Positions 39,345 through 48,068 of a DNA stretch of 64,000 bases are shown in pieces. Under the pieces are notes generated by a model. That model did not search any database, was not told where the DNA came from, and saw nothing but the letters and a program-made list of their open reading frames with translations. The stretch covers positions 416,001 through 480,000 of the forward strand of contig CAWIPH010000001.1 of assembly GCA_963837955.1 (NCBI GenBank), read 5' to 3'. This DNA comes from an uncultured Verrucomicrobiae bacterium (GTDB taxonomy: Bacteria; Verrucomicrobiota; Verrucomicrobiia; Chthoniobacterales; JAFAMB01). Position 1 is the first letter of the stretch. Every line of letters starts with the position of its first letter. Made by a program: the position numbers and the translations under genes.

Positions 39345-39471
39345 GACGACCCGTTGACCCTACTTTCCTGACCCCCATTTACAACTTAAAATGCCACAGC
39401 GCGTGAATTCAATTTGCTCCATGACCGAACTCATTCATTGGGAATCCACACCAACTGTGGTTTCTTGAAGA

Positions 39472-41589
39472 ATGAGCGGTCAACTATCAACGAATCGACT
39501 CGTTCACGAAAAATCTCCCTACCTGCTGCAACACGCCCATAATCCGGTCGACTGGTTCCCGTGGGGTGAAGAGGCATTCGACAAAGCGCGCGAAGAGAAT
39601 AAACCGATCTTTCTCTCGGTTGGTTACTCTACCTGCCACTGGTGCCACGTTATGGAGCATGAGTCGTTCGAAAATTCAGAGATAGCCGCGCTTTTGAATC
39701 GCCACTTCATCAGCATCAAGGTCGATCGGGAAGAACGCCCGGATGTTGATCGTGTTTATATGCTCTTTGTACAAAGCACAACCGGTTCAGGTGGTTGGCC
39801 GATGAGTGTATTTCTTACACCGCAACTTCAGCCGTTTCTTGGCGGTACCTACTATCCGCCCGAGGATCGTTACGGAAGGCCAGGATTTGGCACTTTGTTG
39901 GAACGTCTGGCCGGCATCTGGCAAGAGCATCAGGAAAAGGTCGTCGACCAAGGTCAACAATTCACCAATGCATTGAATGAGGCTTTGACCAAAAAGGTAT
40001 CGCAACCCGTTGGATCCTTGCGTCCGGAATGGCTGGATACCGCCTACCAGCAGATTGCTGCAGGATTCGATCCGGAAGAAGGGGGGTTCGGATCAGCGCC
40101 GAAGTTCCCGCGTCCGGCCGTGTTCCATTTTCTTTTACGATATTGGGCCCGAACGGGTTCTTCGTCCGCTTTGGACATGACGCTTTTCACACTGCGGAAA
40201 ATGGCAGCGGGCGGCATGTATGACCATCTCGGCGGCGGCTTTCACCGTTACTCGGTCGACGAGCGTTGGCACGTGCCGCACTTCGAGAAGATGCTGTACG
40301 ATCAGGCTCAACTTGTGTCCGTTTACACCGAGGCCTATCAGATCACTCGGGAGAATCGGTTTGCCGAGGTCGTAGAGAAAACTCTGGAGTATCTGGTCCG
40401 CGATCTAGCTGCTCCGGAAGGCGGATTCTATTCGGCCGAAGATGCGGATAGCTTGCCTTCCCAAACTGCGACCGAAAAAAAGGAAGGCGCGTTTTATGTC
40501 TGGACGGATTCGGAGATAAACACTGTCTTGTCAGCGGATGAATCACTAGTATTCCGCCGGACCTTTGGGGTGGAAAAGGGCGGGAATGTGCGTTCAGACA
40601 GCGACCCCCACCGGGAGCTGTCTGGCCAGAATGTCCTGTTTCTCCAAAATGATGCGGAGCTAGTGGCAAAGCTGACTGGGAAGACGCAGTCGGAGGTGGA
40701 AAACCTTCTGGCATCTGCTCAGAAGAAGCTTTTCCAGACGAGGGCACAGCGGCCTCGTCCGCATTTGGACGATAAAATCATCACCGCATGGAACGGTCTT
40801 TTGCTTTCGGCTTTAGCCCGAACCTACCAGGTTTTTCGGAACCCAATCCACCTTGAGCACGCTCAACGAACCGCAGGTTTTTTACGGAGCCGACTGCATA
40901 CCGAGCGCTTAATGCGCAGCTATCGCCAGGGACCGAGCGCCGTTCCTGGTTTTGCCGAGGATTACGCGTTTCTGATCCAAGGATTGCTCGATTTGTACGA
41001 AGCCGATTTCGATCATCAATGGTTGCAATGGGCCGTGGAACTCCAGACCGAGTTCGATGGACGGTTTGCTGATCCGAATGGCGGGTTCTTTAGTACCGAA
41101 GGTGATGCCACGGACATTCTCTTCCGTTTGAGAGATGATCACGACGGCGCGGAGCCATCGGCGAACTCGGTGGCAGCGATGAATCTGATCCGGCTAAGTC
41201 GCATCTTTGGTCGAGCCGACTACGAGTCCACTGCAACCCGTTTGATCAGCAGCTTTCAGGAAGTGCTCGACCGTCAGCCGGCCGCAATGCCGCAAATGCT
41301 AGGTGCGGTAGATGCGCTGCTCGCTGATCCGCTCCAAATCGTTATCGCGACGCGGAACCCGGTCGATGATGCGCTGCTACAGGCTGCTCAGACGGCCTAT
41401 CTGCCACGCCGAGTCTTGTTGTTGGCAGACGGCAAAGAGGGGTGGCTTGCTCAACAAGTTCCGGAGTTGGGCGGTATGGATCTGATCGACGGCCGGTCCG
41501 CCGCATACGTCTGTCGAAACTTCGCTTGTGAATTACCGATTACTGATCCTGACGCTTTAGCGGCAAAGTTGACAAAGCCGGTCTCGTGA
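39472..41589 (+). CDS. Thioredoxin-domain protein (YyaL/DUF255 family)
   Basis: [34 protein letters not shown]. Confidence 0.93.
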   Translation: MSGQLSTNRLVHEKSPYLLQHAHNPVDWFPWGEEAFDKAREENKPIFLSVGYSTCHWCHVMEHESFENSEIAALLNRHFISIKVDREERPDVDRVYMLFVQSTTGSGGWPMSVFLTPQLQPFLGGTYYPPEDRYGRPGFGTLLERLAGIWQEHQEKVVDQGQQFTNALNEALTKKVSQPVGSLRPEWLDTAYQQIAAGFDPEEGGFGSAPKFPRPAVFHFLLRYWARTGSSSALDMTLFTLRKMAAGGMYDHLGGGFHRYSVDERWHVPHFEKMLYDQAQLVSVYTEAYQITRENRFAEVVEKTLEYLVRDLAAPEGGFYSAEDADSLPSQTATEKKEGAFYVWTDSEINTVLSADESLVFRRTFGVEKGGNVRSDSDPHRELSGQNVLFLQNDAELVAKLTGKTQSEVENLLASAQKKLFQTRAQRPRPHLDDKIITAWNGLLLSALARTYQVFRNPIHLEHAQRTAGFLRSRLHTERLMRSYRQGPSAVPGFAEDYAFLIQGLLDLYEADFDHQWLQWAVELQTEFDGRFADPNGGFFSTEGDATDILFRLRDDHDGAEPSANSVAAMNLIRLSRIFGRADYESTATRLISSFQEVLDRQPAAMPQMLGAVDALLADPLQIVIATRNPVDDALLQAAQTAYLPRRVLLLADGKEGWLAQQVPELGGMDLIDGRSAAYVCRNFACELPITDPDALAAKLTKPVS

Positions 41590-41606
41590 TCCGGGGTGGA
41601 TTGGCC

Positions 41607-41750
41607 GGAGGGTGCGTCCCGCGGCCGCGGGACGCCCGGGAATAATCAAGCGCACACCGAGGAATCGAGGCAGTGATCCGTTGGGCTTCGACCTATCAAG
41701 GGCTATCCCCGGGAGCAGCAAGCTACTCCCCTCCGAAGTCGGCGGTCAGC
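41607..41750 (+). repeat. REP-bounded element, left copy
   Basis: GGAGGGTGCGTCCCGCGGCCGCGGGACG...GGGAGCAGCAAGCTACTCCCCTCCG; inverted homolog at 42246-42376. Confidence 0.88.
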
Positions 41751-41763
41751 CCCAACTAACCTG

Positions 41764-42180
41764 CTAATCCTTCAACTCTTCCCATGCGGTATTCCAGAAT
41801 GCCGGCAACCGTTGGACTTTCATCTCCGGTAGCTTCACCACCACCAACATCTGGCGGCAGGTAATCAGGACTTGGCCATCGCTGGGCCGTGTGATGGTAA
41901 AAGCACACCAAAACCGAGTTCGTTCGAATTTTTCCAACCAACCGCGTACGACCAAATCGTCCCAGAGCCGGGCTGGCCGCCGATAATCGATTTCCGTGCG
42001 GATGACGACCGGGCAGTCGCCTTGAAGCATACGTTCCCCCATTTCCCAACCAAGCTTTTCGGCCAAGAGAGATCGGTTGGTTTCAATGAACCGCAAGTAG
42101 GCAATGTTGTGTACCACGCCGCCGGCATCCGTATCGAAGAACATGACGCGAACGGAGGTCTCAAGGCTCGGTGCTTCCAT
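41764..42180 (-). CDS. Acyl-CoA thioesterase (YbgC/4HBT family)
   Basis: DTDAGGVVHNIAYLRFIE and YRRPA. Confidence 0.9.
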   Translation of the reverse strand: MEAPSLETSVRVMFFDTDAGGVVHNIAYLRFIETNRSLLAEKLGWEMGERMLQGDCPVVIRTEIDYRRPARLWDDLVVRGWLEKFERTRFWCAFTITRPSDGQVLITCRQMLVVVKLPEMKVQRLPAFWNTAWEELKD

Positions 42181-42245
42181 GGTGTCACCCAAGATACGCT
42201 TCGGTCAAAGCGCGGTGCTAGCAGAAACTCCTTCTTGCCCACGTC

Positions 42246-42577
42246 GCTGACCGCGACATCGGAGGGGAGTAGCTTGCTGCTCCCGGGAACAGCCCTTGAA
42301 TGGGTCGAAGCCCAACGGATCATTGGCCTCGATTCCTCGGTGTGCGCTTGATTATTCCGGGCGTCCCGCGGCCGCGCATACGCGTCAACATAAGAATGGT
42401 TTGCCTGCTCCATCGCCGGGAGGGCGCGCGTCCCCGCGCGCCGAGAAAACGATCTCTAACCTAGGGGAGGCAATTTAACCCTTGGTATACAAACGCGCTT
42501 GGGTCCGGCCACAACGGATCGCGGGGACGCGATCCCTCCCCGCGTTGGGTCTCGCGGCCGCGGGACGCACCCTCCGA
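42246..42577 (-). repeat. REP-bounded element, right inverted copy with a nested REP insertion
   Basis: Reverse complement of 41621-41750, then GGAG-REP hairpins near 42418-42445 and 42516-42540, then the remaining terminus CGCGGCCGCGGGACGCACCCTCCG. Confidence 0.8.
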
Positions 42578-42626
42578 CGCTTGAACGACCAACCTGCAAC
42601 CTGCCAACCTGGAACTTGCCAACCTG

Positions 42627-43397
42627 CTAACCCTTCACCCGCAGCAGCCGTAACGCTGCGTCCGAAAAATCCATTGCGCCTTGCAAGAGTTCTCTGCCGA
42701 AAGAGAAAAAAGTCACATCGCGACTGGCCAGGATTAGCATGAGACTCAATCCCAGGAAGTTCATCAGATAGATCACCATCATGGAGAAAAACGTTCCATG
42801 CTCGACGAGATCGGTCTGACCGTTCCAGAGCATCCAGACGGTGAACGTCACATGGAACATCCAGGTAAAGCCAACTAACCCAAACAACCACCGATGGAGC
42901 GGCGCCAAGTCCCAAAACACGCCGATGCCGCCGTAAAAGGCGACAACCAGCAGGCTATAAATCGGGAAGAAATAGGGCGCGAGCGAGATCCAGAAATTGT
43001 TTGTATCGGTAATGATATGTCCGCCGTCACGACCTACGCGAAACCGCGTGACTCGACCGCCCATGATCCACACCCAAATCACGTGCGTCAGCTCATGGCC
43101 GAAGACGTACATCAGAAGAGGCTTCGGCAATCCGAAAAAAGTGATAAGCCAAAGAACCGCTCCCAGCGCGAAAAACCAAAACTCTTCCGACATCCAGAAG
43201 TCGTGATGAACTGTCGCCTGGGAAAAACAGGAAAAGAAGGCGCGCGTAAGGATCCAGGCCAGCGGGATTAGGAACAGTGCGATCAGCTGCTTTAGCCAGC
43301 GCACCGGCACAACTATCTCTCGACCCGTCTCCGAGATCTTCTCTGTAGCCGAAAGCCCTGATTGCAACTTCCGGCGTCTTCGGTTCGTCGCTGCCAC
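42627..43397 (-). CDS. Membrane protein with HExxH motif (peptidase M50-like)
   Basis: FGHELTH, ISLAPY and TDL in a multi-TM protein. Confidence 0.7.
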   Translation of the reverse strand: MAATNRRRRKLQSGLSATEKISETGREIVVPVRWLKQLIALFLIPLAWILTRAFFSCFSQATVHHDFWMSEEFWFFALGAVLWLITFFGLPKPLLMYVFGHELTHVIWVWIMGGRVTRFRVGRDGGHIITDTNNFWISLAPYFFPIYSLLVVAFYGGIGVFWDLAPLHRWLFGLVGFTWMFHVTFTVWMLWNGQTDLVEHGTFFSMMVIYLMNFLGLSLMLILASRDVTFFSFGRELLQGAMDFSDAALRLLRVKG

Positions 43398-43407
43398 AGA
43401 TGGAGGT

Positions 43408-43517
43408 TAGCGCGAAAAACTCACAAGAGAACACCAAAGCGGCGGCTTCATGTTGGACAAGTGAAACTGTGCGAAAAGCAGGCCGCTTTGCTGCTTTTTT
43501 GCGAGTTTTTCGCGCTA
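43408..43517. repeat. Imperfect long inverted repeat overlapping the efp stop
   Basis: TAGCGCGAAAAACTCACAA...CAAAGCGGC / GCCGCTTTG...TTGCGAGTTTTTCGCGCTA. Confidence 0.75.
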
Positions 43518-44072
43518 GGCTCTACCCATGTAAGCTCCGGTCCGAGTATCTATCCGAATAGATTCACCTTCTTTTATGAATAAAGGAACTTGAACCGACT
43601 TGCCCGTTTCCAGTTTAGCGGTTTTCTGCACGTTCGTAGCGCTGTCCCCCCGTACGCCCTCGGGTGCTTCGGAAACCTTTAGCGACACTGACGACGGGAG
43701 CTCGATTTCGACCGGTTTGCCTTCGGCATACAGCACCTCCACTCTCAGGTTCTCGGAAAAATACTCCTGCGCTTCTCCCACCAGTTGCGCGCTCAGCGTC
43801 TCGGTTTCGTAGTTTTCCGGATCCATAAAAACAAAGCCGTCCTGATCTTTGTAACTGAATTCCAGGTTACGCCGGGTGACATCTACTAGCTCGACGGTTT
43901 CGGTCGAGCTAAAGCGCACGTTACTTGATTTGCCAGTCCGAATGCTGCGGATAGTCGCCTGGACAAACGCGCGTAAATTACCTGGTGTCCGGTGCTGGAC
44001 ATCGAGCAAAACGGCGATGTCGCCATTATACCGAATTGCCATTCCTTTTCGAAGATCGTTTGCTGCTGCCAT
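43515..44072 (-). CDS. efp: Translation elongation factor P
   Basis: 185 aa; PGVRGD-like EGVRGDSA, VQVPLFI, IDTRTG; loop reads TPGNLRA. Confidence 0.95.
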   Translation of the reverse strand: MAAANDLRKGMAIRYNGDIAVLLDVQHRTPGNLRAFVQATIRSIRTGKSSNVRFSSTETVELVDVTRRNLEFSYKDQDGFVFMDPENYETETLSAQLVGEAQEYFSENLRVEVLYAEGKPVEIELPSSVSLKVSEAPEGVRGDSATNVQKTAKLETGKSVQVPLFIKEGESIRIDTRTGAYMGRA

Positions 44073-44114
44073 AAACTGTCCCCCGGATTAAGTCTATCGC
44101 GGGAGAGGGTACGA

Positions 44115-45182
44115 TTACAGAAGCTTTACTTTCGTCAAATCTTGAGAATCAATAATTCCCACCGGCCGATTGGATTCGTCCACGACAATAAGATCGTCGA
44201 TTCGGTGTTGGTCGAGAATATTAAGTACTTCGACAGCCAAACGATCCGAACGAATCGTTATCGGATGTCTGACCATGTAACCGCCGACCGGTTCCTGAAC
44301 CATGGCAGGATGATCTTCAAACGCGCGCACGAAATCGCCATGGGTGAAAATCCCGGCCAAAGCGCCTGAACCGTCCACGACGACGGCAACTCCGGCACGA
44401 CACTGGTTCATCGCATGCAGCACAGCTAGCACGTCGGTGTCGGGCCTAACGGTTGGCATTCTGTCGCTGCCGCGCATGACATCAGTAACCCGTTGCAGCA
44501 ACGCGCGACCAAGTCTGCCGCCTGGATGGAATTTAGCGAAATCCTCTTTTTGAAAGCCGCGTACTTCCAATAGCACCATGGCCAAGGCGTCACCCAAAGC
44601 GAGCATGACCGTCGTGCTTGAAGTTGGTGTGAGGTTTAAGGGACAAGCCTCTTGTTCGACTGAGCAGTCCAAGGTCACATCGCTATGCTTGGCTAACGTG
44701 GAATTCACATTGCCGGTAAACGCAATGACCTGAACGTCGAACCTTTTCAACGCCGGCAATATATTCAGCAGTTCGGCTGTTTCCCCACTATAGCTCATTG
44801 CCAGAACCGAGTCCCCGGTGGCAACAATTCCGAGATCGCCGTGCAGTGCGTTCAGAGGATTCAATACCACCGCGGGCGACCCAGTGCTGGTTAGCGTGGC
44901 AGCAATCTTTTCTCCGATTTGGCCCGATTTACCGACGCCAAGGATTATGATCTTGCGACCTGCCTCCACCGTCTGGCGCAGAAGCTGGACTGCTTCGGAG
45001 AAACGGTTATCCAATCGCTCGGCTAGCTTCTGTAATTCATGGATCTCGATCTGCAAGACGCGTCGAGCTTGTTCGAGGTCGCCCGCACTTAGCTTGTCGA
45101 GGTCGCCTGCACCGAGCTTGTCGAGGTCGCCTGTGCCGAGCTTGCCGAGGTTGCCTGTGCCGAGCTTGTCGAGGTCATTCAT
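44115..45182 (-). CDS. kdsD: KpsF/GutQ arabinose-5-phosphate isomerase with N-terminal 8-aa repeats
   Basis: GVGKSG, HGDLG, EACP, PTSST, FHPGG, C-terminal CBS pair. Confidence 0.9.
   Translation of the reverse strand: MNDLDKLGTGNLGKLGTGDLDKLGAGDLDKLSAGDLEQARRVLQIEIHELQKLAERLDNRFSEAVQLLRQTVEAGRKIIILGVGKSGQIGEKIAATLTSTGSPAVVLNPLNALHGDLGIVATGDSVLAMSYSGETAELLNILPALKRFDVQVIAFTGNVNSTLAKHSDVTLDCSVEQEACPLNLTPTSSTTVMLALGDALAMVLLEVRGFQKEDFAKFHPGGRLGRALLQRVTDVMRGSDRMPTVRPDTDVLAVLHAMNQCRAGVAVVVDGSGALAGIFTHGDFVRAFEDHPAMVQEPVGGYMVRHPITIRSDRLAVEVLNILDQHRIDDLIVVDESNRPVGIIDSQDLTKVKLL
45073..45176 (-). repeat. In-frame 24-nt tandem repeat (about 4.3 copies)
   Basis: TCGAGGTCGCCTG(T/C)(G/A)CCGAGCTTG units encode DLDKLG(T/A)G. 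Confidence 0.95.
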
Positions 45183-45223
45183 ATCAAGCTTGCTGAGTTG
45201 TTATTTGGAGGGATGGAGTCCAA

Positions 45224-46273
45224 TCAACGGCGCCGAAAATGCCAGAAAGTGACCGCTACGCAAGCGAGCATCAGCAAGATGACAAGAGAGTAGGTGTCGT
45301 GCCATCGGCGCGTCAGCGCGGCCGAGGAACTATGGAAAAAGCTCATCGCGTACAACAACGCGATAGCGATGATTGGAAGGCAAACCGATGCGATCAACGT
45401 GAACGTCCGGATTGATGTGTTGGTCCGCGAGCTCAGACTTCCCAAGTATAGGTTCGACAGGTTCGTAGCAGCCAACGCCTCGGTTTGCAGTCGATCAATC
45501 ATTTCAAGCAAACGCAGACGGCCGGAGCGAAAAAAAGGTTTGGTGCGCTCTCCGATCGCCCCGCTTTGGTCCTGTTCCAATGCCCCCCAGGTTTCAAGCT
45601 GCGCGAAGCCGATTTGTCGGAGCGCATTTAGCGTTTTTTCGGTGCGGCTAATGAGCGGCAATAATTCTTGGCTTGGATCACGCAGGATAGCTTGCTCCAA
45701 TCTATCGCGCTGATCTGCCAGTTGGGCGATCGCAGCGGCATACGGCGCAAGGGTAGACTCAAAAATTGAGTAGACTAAATAGTCACTTCGCAGGAACCGC
45801 AGATGATTTCCGTTGTCGCGAACACGTTCTCGCAATGTTTGGAAAGGGTCGAGAGCGTTATTCGCCAGAAGAGTGATGACAACCTGATCCTGCAAGAAGA
45901 GGTGTAAGGGTTCAGTAACGAGTTCTCCGGCTGGCGAACTGCAAGCAATCTGGAGAACGATTGACAATTGTTTGTCGTGAGTTTCGATCCGTGAGCGGCC
46001 CGGATCGCTTTTGAATGTTTCCAAGGTGAGCGCGTGAAAACGAAATTGGGAAGCTAGGCGCTCCAGAGATTCCTCGTCTGGCCGTCCCTGGAAATGAAGC
46101 CAACGGATGCCAACGCCCTCCGAGGCATCCGCCACATTTTCCACCCGATCGAGCTGCTGCTCTGCGTGGGAATAAGCGTTGTATTCGATCAGCCGAACGA
46201 CATTCCCGGGTCCAAGACTTTCGACGGATTGGACCCAAGGATCTGCCCGTTCATGGGACAGCACACCGATCAT
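45224..46273 (-). CDS. CorA-family divalent cation transporter, divergent
   Basis: CorA architecture (WL..., FRFHALTLE, DYLVY, two C-terminal TMs), but YAMSF where YGMNF is expected. Confidence 0.75.
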   Translation of the reverse strand: MIGVLSHERADPWVQSVESLGPGNVVRLIEYNAYSHAEQQLDRVENVADASEGVGIRWLHFQGRPDEESLERLASQFRFHALTLETFKSDPGRSRIETHDKQLSIVLQIACSSPAGELVTEPLHLFLQDQVVITLLANNALDPFQTLRERVRDNGNHLRFLRSDYLVYSIFESTLAPYAAAIAQLADQRDRLEQAILRDPSQELLPLISRTEKTLNALRQIGFAQLETWGALEQDQSGAIGERTKPFFRSGRLRLLEMIDRLQTEALAATNLSNLYLGSLSSRTNTSIRTFTLIASVCLPIIAIALLYAMSFFHSSSAALTRRWHDTYSLVILLMLACVAVTFWHFRRR

Positions 46274-46298
46274 TCCTAGCCTATACCGTCACAGTCCA

Positions 46299-46502
46299 TC
46301 AACGTCTAGGTCCTTTCCAGAGCGCCGCATCGAGACAAGCGATGATGTGACCGAGCCATCCGAGCCAAATCAGCCACAAAAAGCTGCTAACGACGAAAAG
46401 GATGATGGCGGCAAGAATGCGACCCTGTACCAATTGACCGAGGCCAGGGATGAAAAAGCTGCAAATCGCAGCAAGTACGTTTCCGGTGGTACCTTGTCCC
46501 AT
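46299..46502 (-). CDS. Small membrane protein
   Basis: SFFIPGLGQLVQGR motif; GAAGGAG RBS upstream. Confidence 0.8.
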   Translation of the reverse strand: MGQGTTGNVLAAICSFFIPGLGQLVQGRILAAIILFVVSSFLWLIWLGWLGHIIACLDAALWKGPRR

Positions 46503-46550
46503 AGTTGTCTCCTTCATGACCTAAATAACAATTACAATCGACTATTAGTT

Positions 46551-48029
46551 TCAATTGGGTTGAAGAATTAAAAAAGATCTTTGGCGATTCCTGGTCAGGC
46601 CGACGACGACCGGTTTTGCCGGATCAAGTTGGCTGGTGATCTGAGCAAAAGTCTGAGAATTAGGGGTCGGTTGTCGGTTCACCTCTTCGATCACATCTCC
46701 CAGGCGCAAGTCTTGTCCAGCCGAAGCATCCGGATCAACCTGGATAACGATTACCCCTTTGACGTACTCGGGGACATTGGCTTCGGTCCGCAGCCGCGGA
46801 CTTAAATCATTCACTTCGATTCCGGAGAAAGCCTTGCTCGAACTAGTGGGGGGACTGCTACTTTGGTTGTTTTGGCTAACCAGCTCGGCCGGTTGCTCGG
46901 CTACCTGAGCGGTCACCGACATCTTTTTGCCGTCGCGAGAAAGAGCAACCGTAAGATTCGAACCGATATCAGCTTCCGAAATCTGATTCCCCAGAGCGAC
47001 GGTATCCTTGATGTCGTGGTCATTGATCTTCTGAATGACATCGCCCCGGGTAATGCCTGCCTTTTCCGCAGGAGAACCCCGCGTTACATCAGTGACCAAG
47101 GCTCCGGTGCTGCCATCCAATCTAAATTGCTCGGCGATCTCTTTCGTCACCGGCTGAACGCTGACGCCGAGGTAGCCGCGCACAACCCGCCCTTTTTCCA
47201 CGAAATTCTTGAGCGCTCGCTTGACGACGTTGGCAGGAATGGCAAACCCGATGCCCTGATTCCCGCCAGACTCCGAATAGATCGCGGTGTTAATCCCGAC
47301 TGCTTCGCCCTTAATGTTGACTAACGGGCCACCCGAGTTTCCCGGATTGATAGCCGTATCGGTCTGGAAGAACTCCAGAGAGCTCTCGCTAATCGCTCGA
47401 CGATTCTTAGCACTGATGATTCCCTGGCTGACGCTCTCCTCAAGCCCAAAAGGATTACCGATCGCAAAAACTACTTGACCCACTTTCACCAAATCGGAGT
47501 TGGCCAGCGGCAAAGGGGTTAGTTGCGGTAAATCGATCTTTAGAACGGCTAAATCGAGTTGGCTATCGGTCCCAATGACTTTGGCTTTGGCCGTACGTCC
47601 ATCGTTCAATTCCACCACAATATCGTCCGTCCCATTCACGACATGGTTGTTCGTCACAATGTGACCTTCCTTCGAGACAATCACCCCAGAGCCGAGAGAG
47701 GTAACTTGCTGCTCGGTTGAGTCCTTCCGTTTGGAATGGCGTCCGCCGAAGAAATAGTCCAACGGATCCGACCATTGCCGCTGTACTGTCTTCATAGTGG
47801 TTATACTGACCACGCTAGGCACGACTGTTTCAGCGAGATGTTGGTATTCTTCGTTGAGTCGTTCCAGAATTGGCACCGACCCAAGATCGATCTGCGATTT
47901 GTCAGCCGGAGTAAATTTTTCGGTTTTCGTCTCGACCGGGCCGAACTGCTTGGCCTGCCAGACGTAAATCAAAGAAATGACAAGCGCTAGGAGGAGGACA
48001 AAAACGAGAAACTTGAGAAAGCTCTTCAT
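46551..48029 (-). CDS. DegP/HtrA serine protease with two PDZ domains
   Basis: GSGVI, TNNHV, QTDTAINPGNSGG, PDZ GYLGV. Confidence 0.94.
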   Translation of the reverse strand: MKSFLKFLVFVLLLALVISLIYVWQAKQFGPVETKTEKFTPADKSQIDLGSVPILERLNEEYQHLAETVVPSVVSITTMKTVQRQWSDPLDYFFGGRHSKRKDSTEQQVTSLGSGVIVSKEGHIVTNNHVVNGTDDIVVELNDGRTAKAKVIGTDSQLDLAVLKIDLPQLTPLPLANSDLVKVGQVVFAIGNPFGLEESVSQGIISAKNRRAISESSLEFFQTDTAINPGNSGGPLVNIKGEAVGINTAIYSESGGNQGIGFAIPANVVKRALKNFVEKGRVVRGYLGVSVQPVTKEIAEQFRLDGSTGALVTDVTRGSPAEKAGITRGDVIQKINDHDIKDTVALGNQISEADIGSNLTVALSRDGKKMSVTAQVAEQPAELVSQNNQSSSPPTSSSKAFSGIEVNDLSPRLRTEANVPEYVKGVIVIQVDPDASAGQDLRLGDVIEEVNRQPTPNSQTFAQITSQLDPAKPVVVGLTRNRQRSFLILQPN

Positions 48030-48068
48030 GTTGAACCAACGGTTACTTCCTGCCTGCAAGGCGATGTA

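Noticed and set aside
42259..42360. GGGGAGTAGC as a yybP-ykoY riboswitch, or the region as 6S RNA
   Set aside because: The motif is one arm of a GGAG-REP palindrome repeated at 41.7 and 18.8 kb; the other conserved elements of those RNAs are not evident.
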